Origin: Thermodesulfovibrionales bacterium
GTDB lineage: Bacteria > Nitrospirota > Thermodesulfovibrionia > Thermodesulfovibrionales > SM23-35
Direction of reading: 5' to 3'
Assembly (NCBI GenBank): GCA_963727725.1
Contig: CAVSHJ010000034.1
Span: 94,446 to 158,445, forward strand
DNA: 64,000 nt
Shown here: one piece after another, positions 16,909 through 26,185 of the stretch
Position numbering within the stretch: position 1 is the first letter of the stretch
How the letters are laid out: each line of letters opens with the position of its first letter
Notes under the pieces: model-generated
Told to the model about the DNA's origin: nothing
The model's database searches: none
Seen by the model: only the letters and a program-made list of their open reading frames with translations
Made by a program: the position numbers and the translations under genes

Positions 16909-17000
16909 CCCCTCCCTTGAGGGGAGGGGACTAAGGGGAGGGTGTCGAAATAATTTTCATCAACCACCCTCTCCCTAACCCTCCCCCCTCAAGGGGGAGG
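16909..17000. repeat. large G/C-tract palindromic element
   Basis: CCCCTCCCTTGAGGGGAGGGGACTAAGGGGAGGGTG and CACCCTCTCCCTAACCCTCCCCCCTCAAGGGGGAGG form imperfect inverted arms around a 20-nt AT-rich spacer. Each arm also contains its own hairpin. Confidence 0.7.
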
Positions 17001-17142
17001 AAATAATTAGGAAACCCCGATGCAGAGCATCGAGGAATTATTTTTATTAAAAAAAGCCCTGCCCTATGACAGGAAGCGACCCGCGACATCGTTCGCACCG
17101 GCCCGGAACAAGATACAAATAAGCGCCTCTGGCCGGCGGGCC

Positions 17143-18612
17143 TCAGTCTCCCGGAGCGTTCTTGCTTTTGAAGAAGGACCAGGGCTCGGTGACGAGGTCC
17201 TTTAGATACGGCGACTGCCAGGCGAACTCGGGGTGTTGCTGGAGGAAGGGGCCGAAAGCAAACGGCGATCCGTCAGGGTGTCCGATGCGCACCCAGAAAC
17301 TCATATTGCGGGCAAGTTCGGCGGTGACGACTTTTCCGTCGTTGGCGCCGAAGGGTCTGGGAGCGCTGGCTCCGGGGATCTCCGGAACGTGGGTAAGTTC
17401 CATGCGGGCCATGAGCACCATACCGCCGGGGTTCACCCGACCGAGCATCTGGTCATACTGGTCGCCAAGGAACTCTTTGGCCAATTCGGCATCGATCTTC
17501 CCCTTGTTCTGGGCCAGCAGCGCGTGCCACCGCAAGCGCCGGGCGGTCACACAGTTTGCGCCGTCAAGGTCATTGGGCCAGTTGGTCAACGTGCCCCAGA
17601 GCGTCGGGCCGCATTCCTCGCGGATCATCTTGGAATCGTCTACGTAGTTCTCGCCGTCATAGTAACCTGTCTTGGAGCGGGAGAAGGTCACGTTCAACAG
17701 GCCCAACTCCAATTTGCCGATCTCCCCGTTCTTGATGTCGCCCATGAGCCACGTGTTCGCGTACCCGCCGTTGTTTCCCTCGCGCATGATATTCACAACG
17801 TCGTCCAGGTTCTTTGAGTACTGAACCGCCTTGCGCATCCGCATGAACTCAGGTACCCCTTTCGGGTCAAACCCGACGAAATTGCCGATCGTGGTTTCGG
17901 TGATACAGATACCTGCCGAGTTGACGGCGAAATCCGTCCCGCTGTGGATCAGGCCGGGCGCCGTCTGCATCAGGATGCGTTCGCCCTTGGGCGGCTTGAT
18001 GTCCAGCACGACATTCCAGTGTTCTCCCAATACATAATCATCCCAGGAGTTGTGGGCCATCACGATGTTGCCGTCCGCCGTCCAATCGCCCGTGGCGACA
18101 AAAGCCGAGCACCTCAAAAAAGGCCGGCGCGGGATGGCGCCCCTGGTTCCCGGGGGGAACCCCTCCAGGACGCCGACCGCTTCAAACAACTCGAAGAAAC
18201 CGTTTAACGCCACGACGTCCACAGTGTCATACGTATAGCCACGCCGGACCAACCCCTTGGCGATGCCATCCAGCTCGTGCCGATACTCCGGCTCGAGCTT
18301 GGGAAGAAAAAGGGTGGCGGCCAGGTTCCGGAAATATGCCCAGTCCTTGCCGGTGTTGCGCTGGAGATAGACGCGGAGGAACGAGATGAATCCATCAATC
18401 TCCGGCGCCATGAGGTAGCCGTACTGCTGGCCCCGTTTCCCCGGCTCGCCGTGAATGTGGACGAAGACCAAGCCGTCCTGATCCTCACGAAAGGCCCCGT
18501 CGAACCGTTGACTGGTAGAGGCCTGCTGGGGTAATCCAAAACTCACGCCGCCCCATAGGACAGCTATCATAATTCCCGCCGCCAACACCCGCCGCATCAA
18601 TGTTGCATTCAT
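17143..18612 (-). CDS. secreted Ntn-hydrolase, phospholipase B-like / peptidase C45-like
   Basis: 489 aa with a signal peptide. CSAFVATGDWTADGNIVMAHNSWDDY resembles the autoprocessing Cys nucleophile plus HNTW motif of phospholipase B-like (PLBD) Ntn hydrolases. GC-rich codon usage. Confidence 0.55.
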   Translation of the reverse strand: MNATLMRRVLAAGIMIAVLWGGVSFGLPQQASTSQRFDGAFREDQDGLVFVHIHGEPGKRGQQYGYLMAPEIDGFISFLRVYLQRNTGKDWAYFRNLAATLFLPKLEPEYRHELDGIAKGLVRRGYTYDTVDVVALNGFFELFEAVGVLEGFPPGTRGAIPRRPFLRCSAFVATGDWTADGNIVMAHNSWDDYVLGEHWNVVLDIKPPKGERILMQTAPGLIHSGTDFAVNSAGICITETTIGNFVGFDPKGVPEFMRMRKAVQYSKNLDDVVNIMREGNNGGYANTWLMGDIKNGEIGKLELGLLNVTFSRSKTGYYDGENYVDDSKMIREECGPTLWGTLTNWPNDLDGANCVTARRLRWHALLAQNKGKIDAELAKEFLGDQYDQMLGRVNPGGMVLMARMELTHVPEIPGASAPRPFGANDGKVVTAELARNMSFWVRIGHPDGSPFAFGPFLQQHPEFAWQSPYLKDLVTEPWSFFKSKNAPGD

Positions 18613-18687
18613 GTTTTCTCCTTTCGAAAATCGCAGTTCCGGAATGGGATCTGACTATTCAGTATTTAGTCCATCGGCTAAGGTGCG

Positions 18688-20585
18688 CTATTTTCGGGAG
18701 CCGACAAACGATACGCGGCGAAACGTGACGTTGACCGGCGTCGTCTGGATTCGCCACGTGGCCCCGCCGTCCGTGGTGTGCAAAATAACGCCCCGGTCCG
18801 GCGGGTACACAATCCCGCCAACCACCCAGGCCGTGTCCCGGCCCGACGCGCTCACCCCCAGGAGGTAGAAGTCATTCGCCAACCGCGGGACCTGGCGGTC
18901 CCAGGTCGTGCCGCCATCGGTAGTGTGATAGACCGTGTTATAGTCCGTGGCAATCCAGGCCGTCTTGGAATTGACGCCGCAGACGCCGTTGTTGTGGGAA
19001 AGCCCGGGCCCCATCTGGATGTACCAGGACACGCCTCCGTCCGTGGTCTTCGACACATAACCATCTGTTCCCACCGCCCAAGCGGTTCGTGCGCTAACGG
19101 CAGACAGATCAATGAAGGCTTTAGCTCCCAGCGTCGCGGCCGTTCCCTGACGAGTCCAGGTCTGTCCGCCGTCGGTTGTATGGAGGACAACGGGATAGCC
19201 GCTATCTTCGTCGCCGGCAGCCCACGCGATCTTGGAGTTAACTCACCGCCACTTCGTAGAGATTGGCACTCGTCCCGCTCTGCTGCTGGGACCAGGTCCG
19301 CCCGCCGTCATCGGTCCGCAGGATGGTTCCCTGGCTGCCGACCACCCAGGCGGTTTTCCGGTTCGCCGCACCAACCCCGAACACCGCAACATCCGGGATC
19401 ATGCCCGGCCGGCCCTGGCGGACCCAGGTCCGGCCCCCGTCGTCGGTTCGCAAGATGACACCGTAGCCGCCGTCACAATCGCCCACAACCCAGACCGTGT
19501 GACGATTAACCGCCTTCACATTGTTGAGCGCACACATTGGGAACTTCGTCCGTCGAGCCTTGCCGGACCCAGAGTTGACCGCCGTTGGTCGTATGCAGGA
19601 TGACCCCATATCCGTCAGCCGGAGTGGTTCCGACCACCCAGCCCTCGGCCCGCGCGGAACGGCCCGAACGATCGGGAGCGAGGGTGTAGAGAAACCCGTG
19701 CATGTTGTCTCCCACCTTGAAATCGCCGACGATACTCTTGCCATCAGTGCCGAACGGGTCCGTCGCATCGGCCCCGGGAAAGTCGAGGGTCGTCCAGGTT
19801 GAGTCGGCCCGGTCGTACAGAAAGCCGTGCTCCCCGGGAGGCCCACTCCAGAAATTGCCGACGGCCAGATCGCCGGAAATGCCCCAGCAATGTGTTTCGG
19901 CGGCCCCCGGGGCGTCGAGGGAAGTCCAGTTCACGCCATCGTAGAGATACCCATGAAACAAATCACCGACCACGTAGTCACCAATCATGAAGCGGCCCGA
20001 AATGCCGTTCACGAATGTCTCAGCCGCCTGTGGATAGTCAAGGGTAGTCCAGGTCGTCCCGTTGTAAACGAAGCCGTGATCAACGGACCCATCCCAGTAG
20101 TACCCGACAATCGTGTTTCCATTGATGCCAAAGGCATGGGTGGCAGCCGCACCGGGATAGTCCAGCGTCGTCCAGGTCGTACCGTCATACAGAAAGCTGT
20201 GCCAGACCTGCGCCTCAGGATCGGTATAATAGTTGCCGACGATCTTCTTGCCGGAAATGCCGGCGGGCAACGTGTAGAGTGCGCCGGGATAATCGAGGTC
20301 GGTCCAGGTCGTTCCATCGTATATGAAGCCATGCGACTCGCTGGGAGTGGGGTAGTAGATGCCGACGATCTTCTTGCCTGAAACGCCTCGGGGAAATGTC
20401 GCCACGGCCCCGGGGTGATCGAGGATAAGCCAATCGGCCCGCGCGGAACCCGCGCCTGCCAGAATGGCCGCGACGACTACTACAAGACCAAGGATCATCG
20501 CGGTAGCGCCCAGGCTTCCGGCCTGAGTCCGGGAGGTATCCGGTTTTGCCGAAATGTTCATGCTCTGCTGATTTTTCTTCTTCAT
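18688..20585 (-). pseudogene. secreted repeat protein: six ~45-aa HGF(L/I/V)YDG..WT.LD.PGA repeats fused to a BNR/Ycf48-like beta-propeller; 2 frameshifts
   Basis: N-terminal TM/signal segment, then six tandem repeats (ORF 19506-20585). Asp-box-like motifs follow (ILHTTNGGQLW, ILRTDDGGRTW x2, LHTTDGGQTW, KTTDGGVSW, HTTDGGTTW, HTTDGGATW), spread over three frames with shifts near 19530 and 19240. Confidence 0.6.
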
Positions 20586-21013
20586 ATCTTTTCCATCCTT
20601 TCCGCCATTCTCCTTTTCATATACACAAAGGTCTGGCTTTATCGAAGTCTATATTGAATTTCGTAAAATTTTCATAATAGCGGATGTTAGAAAAAGTGAG
20701 ATCACCTTGGTCACACAGGCTTCTTTTTAACACAATATAGACTTATTTGTAAATGAAAAGGAATGCTCTTTTCGTCAATTCAACATGCTATTCTGAAGAC
20801 GAATTGATCCGGTACCTGCAGTCAGGTCAACGGGTGGACCCGATGCTGCTTAAGGAACGCCGCAACGGGTTCGCGATGCTCCTGCATGATGGCGCGGTTT
20901 CTGTCCTGACGGGCGATGCGGTGCAACGATGGTTGAACAGGAGAAATACGGAGAGCGATCGGCCCGTGCGGGAAGTCCGGGGATTAACCGCTCTTCACCC
21001 ATCAATGCCTGAT

Positions 21014-21046
21014 GGGCAATTTGTCTTTCCGGGAGGCAAATTGCCC
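21014..21046. promoter_or_regulatory. inverted repeat, candidate enhancer (UAS) for the sigma54 promoter
   Basis: GGGCAATTTG (21014-21023), N13, CAAATTGCCC (21037-21046). It is a perfect 10-bp inverted repeat about 55 bp upstream of the -24 element. Confidence 0.4.
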
Positions 21047-21100
21047 GCAGGACTCATCGCTTCAATTTTTCAAATCCTAATAAAATCAATGTATTGCAAC

Positions 21101-21116
21101 TGGTATCAATTTTGCA
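21101..21116 (+). promoter_or_regulatory. sigma54 (-24/-12) promoter
   Basis: TGGTATCAATTTTGCA has GG and GC at the canonical spacing (TGG-N9-TGC) with the TTGCA -12 element. It lies about 105 nt upstream of the ATG at 21222. Confidence 0.6.
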
Positions 21117-21221
21117 AATATATTCTTGGTGGTATGGATAGAGGAGCGAAAAAGCGAAATATCGAAAACAAGAACACGATGCGATGCGCATCGGATAATC
21201 TCAAACAGAAAGGGGTCCGAC

Positions 21222-21482
21222 ATGGCAAAGACCAAGGGTATGGATTTGGGCGATGTAGTTAAACAGAGAGATTTGAACGAAGAGATTGCAAAGGTCGCTT
21301 ACGATCTCTATGAGAAGAGGGGAAAGACTCAAGGTAACGATTTGGACGATTGGGTAAGGGCGGAAAAAATTGTGACGGAGAGATATGCGAAGCTCAAGAA
21401 AGACGAAATCGACGTAATGTCCGAAGTTGCTGAAAAAGTCGTGACAAAGAAGAGAGAGAGAAAACAACCGGCGTTTCGATAG
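21222..21482 (+). CDS. DUF2934-like small protein
   Basis: 86 aa from the ATG at 21222, with an AAAGGGG RBS. IAKVAYDLYEKRGKTQGNDLDDWVRAE matches the DUF2934 signature (AY.l...RG...G.dldDW..AE). Confidence 0.6.
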   Translation: MAKTKGMDLGDVVKQRDLNEEIAKVAYDLYEKRGKTQGNDLDDWVRAEKIVTERYAKLKKDEIDVMSEVAEKVVTKKRERKQPAFR

Positions 21483-21609
21483 GCTCGGGAATTTTTCGAC
21501 GAGGACTTTCCCCCCGGAGCCGATGAATTTCGCGGGCAGAAATGCCAGGAAGTCCCGCCTTCAACAAATATCTTATGGCATTCGTCTGAATAAGGACACA
21601 GGAGAACTT

Positions 21610-22125
21610 ATGGAGAGAAAGAATATTGTTACAATGAAGGGAAATCCCCTTACACTTATCGGTCCTGCAATCAAGGTCGGAGACAAGGCGACTGACTTCG
21701 TTGTTCTCAGTAAGGAATTGAAGGAAATCAGCCTCAGAGACTTCCGCGGGAAGGTAAAGATTATCAGCGTGACGCCATCCCTCGATACATCTGTCTGTGA
21801 CATGCAGGCCAGGAGATTCAACCAGGAGGCCTCGCAGCTGGGAGATAATATTGTAGTTCTCAATATAAGCATGGACCTGCCTTTCGCAATCTCCAGGTTT
21901 TGTACTGCCGCAGGGATAGACAAGGTCACCGTTCTTTCGGACCACCGGGATGCTTCTTTTGGGGCTTCTTACGGCGTCTTGATTAAAGAGTTGAGATTGC
22001 TTGCACGCGCGATCTTCGTTATAGATAAAAATGATATCGTCAGCTACCAGGAGATAGTCCCCGAACTCACAAACCCTCCTGATTTTACCTGCCCCCTTGC
22101 CCTGGCAAAAAGACTCGTCGGGTAA
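21610..22125 (+). CDS. tpx: thiol peroxidase
   Basis: The Tpx pattern is present: MKGNPLTLIGPAIKVGDKA.DF and SVTPSLDTSVCDMQARRFN (peroxidatic Cys). Start at the internal ATG 21610, with a GGAG RBS. Confidence 0.85.
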   Translation: MERKNIVTMKGNPLTLIGPAIKVGDKATDFVVLSKELKEISLRDFRGKVKIISVTPSLDTSVCDMQARRFNQEASQLGDNIVVLNISMDLPFAISRFCTAAGIDKVTVLSDHRDASFGASYGVLIKELRLLARAIFVIDKNDIVSYQEIVPELTNPPDFTCPLALAKRLVG

Positions 22126-22142
22126 AGTGTTTTCCAGGCCTC

Positions 22143-22209
22143 ACGCGGAGGAATAACAAGCCAGGGCATCAACCATTCGAACAGTTCGAACAGAGTTCGC
22201 CATGAATAA
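22143..22209. repeat. truncated copy of the ~143-bp palindromic element family
   Basis: CCAGGGCATCAAC...AGTTCGCCATGAATAA matches the right-hand end of the elements at 53711-53853 and 23998-24140 (reverse orientation). Confidence 0.5.
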
Positions 22210-22302
22210 GCCAAGATCTGCAAAAAAAGAGGTGATAAACGACTATTTTTTGTTATAATAAGACAGTTTAGTTTAGCGCGGAGGTGTTCAAAACAGCAGG
22301 CG

Positions 22303-22812
22303 ATGCTGAAGAAAACAGGATTGTTTCTTTTAATCGGTTTTTTTTGCTTCCATGCTTTCTGGGCATGGAAGGCGTCGGCCGCTTTCGTGAAAGCTGATAA
22401 AGTCGTGGTTATCAAGAGCAAGAGAATCCTGATGTTAATGAGGGAAGGGGAAATATTGAGTGCTTACAGGGTCGCCCTGGGAAGACATCCTGACGGACGC
22501 AAGATCAAAGCGGGAGACAAGAGGACCCCTGAAGGAAGATATGTCCTCGATGCGAGGAATCGTGACAGCAGGTTTCATCTGGCACTTCATATATCATATC
22601 CGAATGAATCTGATCTCACGAATGCCCATAAACTCGGTGTAACTCCCGGCGGAGATATTATGATCCATGGTTTACCCGACCAGTTTAAAAAGTTGGGCAG
22701 ATTGCACAGATTATCCGACTGGACTGACGGATGTATTGCGGTTACCAATACCGAAATTGAAGAAATCTGGCGTCTTGTTCCGGACGGAACACCGATAGAA
22801 ATCAAGCCTTAA
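22303..22812 (+). CDS. L,D-transpeptidase (YkuD) family protein
   Basis: 169 aa with a signal peptide. Catalytic motif IMIHG....SDWTDGCIAV (His...Gly-Cys). Confidence 0.8.
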   Translation: MLKKTGLFLLIGFFCFHAFWAWKASAAFVKADKVVVIKSKRILMLMREGEILSAYRVALGRHPDGRKIKAGDKRTPEGRYVLDARNRDSRFHLALHISYPNESDLTNAHKLGVTPGGDIMIHGLPDQFKKLGRLHRLSDWTDGCIAVTNTEIEEIWRLVPDGTPIEIKP

Positions 22813-22828
22813 TTCTTTCTCCGTCCTG

Positions 22829-23975
22829 TCAGTACAGTATATTGCTTAACGTATCCGAACGCTCTTTGTCTATGCCTTCCAGAGTTTCACATTCGTCAAA
22901 AGCCGCATTTGAATCCCCGTTCAGAAAATAGGCGATGCCGAGATTGAAGTGAGCATCAGCATCACCCGGATCGATATTTATGGCTTTCTTGAATGCAGCG
23001 ATGGCCATCGGATATTTACGATCGAGGATATATAATGATCCGAGTTTGTTATAAAGTGAAGCTGAATCAGGCTGTTTTTTAATCGCCTGTTTATAGGCGT
23101 CGATCGCTTCATCGTATTGTCCGATTTTATAGTAATCCGTGCCGAGACTCACGTATGCGTCCATAAGGTCCGGATTAAGAGTCAGCGACTGCCGGTATTC
23201 TCTTGCCGCCTCTCTGAACATGTTCAGTCTGTCGTAAGCGCATCCGCGTGAAAAATAGTCCTCCGGGCCAAGGGGTTTCTTCTCTTCTCCTATCCCCTCC
23301 ATCAGGTGCGGTGGACTGCTTTTAATTGAAGATGCGATCCTTTCATATCTCTCAAGCTGTCTTGCAATACCCTTCAGAGAAACAGCGAAGGAAATATTCC
23401 TCCCTTTCCCCGGCAGGGATATTGCCGCGCCTATGGCTTCGCCTTTCATATTGAATACGGGGCTTCCGTTCTTCGAAGGCGGAACGGCCACGGACAGATT
23501 AAAAAGCGTGCCATTCCCGCGGACAGCCCTGACGACAGCTTCCCTGATAGGGACCGAAGGACCCGATGCAACAGCGACGCGTTCCCTCCGGACCGGTTTA
23601 TGGTCTTTCGCAATTCTGACCGCGGGGAGATCTCCCGCCACAACTTGTAAAAAGGGCGAGATTATTCTCACACCGGGAAGAGATCAGATCATCCATGCGA
23701 AACCGGACACCTCCTCCGGTTTCAACCGTGAGCACGTTCTCAATCTTCTCGAACCATTTTACTATGATACGACAGTTTGTCGCGATAACCCCGCGCCGGT
23801 CCACAATGAATCCCACGGCTGAAGCAATATGTTCTCCACTCCTGTCATCGACATATACGGTTACCACGGCGTCTCTTTGCTTTGAGACGTTATCCGGCAC
23901 CTTCGCATAAACAGAGGAAGTCAAAAAAGGCAGGAGAAATATGGCGATGAATATTCTCTGCAAAAAAATCTGCAT
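22829..23975 (-). pseudogene. secreted trypsin-like protease domain fused to TPR repeats; 1 frameshift
   Basis: Signal peptide (MQIFLQRIFIAIFLLPFLTSSVYA). The N-terminal S1-like segment (AVVTVYV...SAVGFIVDRRGVIATNCRI) is in ORF 23598-23999. The continuation and C-terminal TPRs (YFSRGCAY...AYVSLGTDYYKIGQYDEAIDAYKQAI...) are in ORF 22829-23671. Shift near 23640. Confidence 0.55.
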
Positions 23976-23997
23976 TTCCCGATTCGAATACTCCGCC

Positions 23998-24140
23998 ATT
24001 CATAGCGAACTTTGTTCAAACGTTGATGCCCTGGGTTGTCATTCCCGCTTGTCGGGAATCTTTCTGAAAGCGAAGAGAGATTCTGGACAAGCCAGAATGA
24101 CAAATTAGATATCTTAAACAACTTTTAGATCTTTAAAGAT
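23998..24140. repeat. ~143-bp MITE-like double-hairpin element (copy A)
   Basis: Contains GTCATTCCCGCTTGTCGGGAATC and TTCTGGACAAGCCAGAATGAC hairpins. Its reverse complement aligns along its full length with 53711-53853. Confidence 0.7.
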
Positions 24141-24187
24141 TAATAGCATAAAATATTATAATAACTGGATGGAGAAATTTTAAACTC

Positions 24188-24216
24188 TTGACTGACATTT
24201 ATCCATACTGTAATCT
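24188..24216 (+). promoter_or_regulatory. sigma70-type promoter candidate
   Basis: TTGACT (24188-24193), N17, TAATCT (24211-24216), about 48 nt upstream of the macA-like ATG. Confidence 0.35.
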
Positions 24217-24263
24217 CATTATCTTTACGAAGTCCTGAATCAATCCGGGAGGAGCATATATTT

Positions 24264-25483
24264 ATGGCAAATGAAGATCTCTCAAAATTGAAGATCGACA
24301 AGAACGCTGAAAGCTATAAGCCGCGAAAGCAAGCGCAGACGGATATACTGGGTCGCTGCATTTTTCCTGATCGCAGCATTTGGAATCTTTTACGCGGAAG
24401 GTATTTTTTCGCCTGCAATACAGATCGAGGTCGCAAGTGTTTCGCAGATTTATCCCTCACAGACTTTCACCCTCCTGAACGCAAGCGGCTATGTGGTCGC
24501 TCAGCGCAAGGCTGCCGTTGCGTCAAAAGTAACAGGTCGCCTCGTGTCACTTTCGGTGGAAGAGGGCAGCAGGGTGAAAGAAGGCCAGGTGATCGCAAGA
24601 CTGGAAAGTGATGACGTAGCTGCTGCGCGCGATCAGGCTGAGGCTAACCTGAACGCTGCACGTCATAACCTTGAGGAGGCAAAAGCCGACCTGAATGACG
24701 CCGACCTTTCCTTTAAGCGGGACAAAGACTTAGTGGCCCAGGGTTTTATTTCGAGAGCCGAGTACGATACCGCCGAAGCGCGGTACAAAAAAGCGGCCGC
24801 AGCGGTGGCCGCAGCTCAGGCGGAAATCAAGGCCAGTACCGCGGCGCTGCAGGGCGCAAAAGTTGCATTGGAGTACACTGTAATCCGCGCTCCCTTTGAC
24901 GCCGTAGTATTAACAAAGAATGCGGATATAGGCGATATCGTCACTCCGATCGGAGCTGCTGCCAACGTTCAGGCTGCAGTAGTGACAATCGCCGACATGA
25001 ATTCACTCCAGGTCGAAGCCGATGTCTCCGAATCCAACCTCCGCCTTGTGAAGACAGGCCAGCCCTGCGAGATACAACTCGATGCTCTTCCTGATGTGCG
25101 TTTCAGGGGAGTTGTGCACATGATCGTACCTACGGCAGACCGCAGTAAGGCTACGGTGTTGGTGAAAGTACGGTTTATAGATAAGGACAGCAGGATATTG
25201 CCGGAAATGAGTGCAAAAGTGGCTTTTCTTTCAAGGGAGGTCAGGGGTGATGAGCAGAAATCGCGCACCGCTGTCCCGGCGCATGCAGTGGTGACCCGGA
25301 AAGGGAAACAGTCGGTGTTTCTTGTGAAGGGTGACAGGGTGAAAGGAAATACCGATAACAACCGGTGAAACCTTTGGCGACATGATCGAAGTCCTTGGAG
25401 GTGTGAAGACGGGTGACAGGATAGCAGTCGGGCCGATGGATAAATTGAGAGACGGCAGCAGGGTCAAGATCATCGAAAAATAA
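24264..25483 (+). pseudogene. efflux periplasmic adaptor (HlyD/MacA family); 2 frameshifts
   Basis: The N-terminus (MANEDLSKLKIDK), the TM plus core (RRIYWVAAFFLIAAFG...VASKVTGRLVSLSVEEGSRVKEGQVIARLE, coiled coil, beta-barrel) and the C-terminus (...GDRIAVGPMDKLRDGSRVKIIEK) lie in three frames. Shifts near 24330 and 25340. Confidence 0.75.
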
Positions 25484-26185
25484 ATGGCAGACAAGCCTGC
25501 AATCGTAGAGATAAGGAACCTGAGCAAGTCCTACCGGCGCGGTAACCAGATCCTTCCTGTGCTGAAAGAGCTATCGCTCGATATTGTCGAAGGTGAGTTC
25601 ATTGCACTGATGGGGCCGTCAGGGTCCGGCAAGACGACCCTGCTCAACCTCATCGCCGGCATCGACAGGGCGGACAGCGGCGTGATCAAGATTGGAGATG
25701 TTGACATCACTTCCCTCTCCGAAACGGAACTTGCGCGCTGGCGAGCCACGAACGTCGGTTTCATATTTCAATTCTACAATCTGATCCCGGTGCTTACCGC
25801 ATTCGAAAATGTCGAGTTGCCCCTGCTCCTCACGGCGCTCTCGAAAGCGCAGCGCAGGGAGCATGTACGTGTGGCGCTTTCCGCGGTGAACCTTTCCGAC
25901 AGGACGGAACACTACCCGGGCCAGCTCTCAGGAGGACAACAGCAGCGTGTGGCGATTGCCCGTGCAATTATTGCCGATCCGACCATCCTTGTGGCTGACG
26001 AACCTACCGGCGATCTTGACCGTGTTTCGGCGGAAGAGATCCTTGAACTTATGGAGCGCCTTGTGCATGAACTCGGTAAGACTATCATTATGGTGACCCA
26101 TGATCCGAGGGCGGCAAAGAAGGCCCACCTTATCAAGTATCTCGATAAAGGCATTTTGAATGCACATCCTCAAGCTGATTTTTAA
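25484..26185 (+). CDS. ABC transporter ATP-binding protein (MacB/LolD-type)
   Basis: Walker [10 protein letters not shown], signature LSGGQQQRV, Walker [13 protein letters not shown]. Confidence 0.9.
   Translation: MADKPAIVEIRNLSKSYRRGNQILPVLKELSLDIVEGEFIALMGPSGSGKTTLLNLIAGIDRADSGVIKIGDVDITSLSETELARWRATNVGFIFQFYNLIPVLTAFENVELPLLLTALSKAQRREHVRVALSAVNLSDRTEHYPGQLSGGQQQRVAIARAIIADPTILVADEPTGDLDRVSAEEILELMERLVHELGKTIIMVTHDPRAAKKAHLIKYLDKGILNAHPQADF

Noticed and set aside
17162-20381. Many 60-230-aa ORFs on both strands of the GC-rich segment
   Set aside because: They are an expected artefact of stop-codon scarcity in GC-rich DNA. Only the two minus-strand genes show protein-like motifs.
20753-21262. 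169-aa ORF upstream of the DUF2934-like gene
   Set aside because: It runs through the inverted repeat and the sigma54 promoter and into the next gene's leader. It has no RBS or motif. The 5' part could be a gene remnant, but I cannot support a call.
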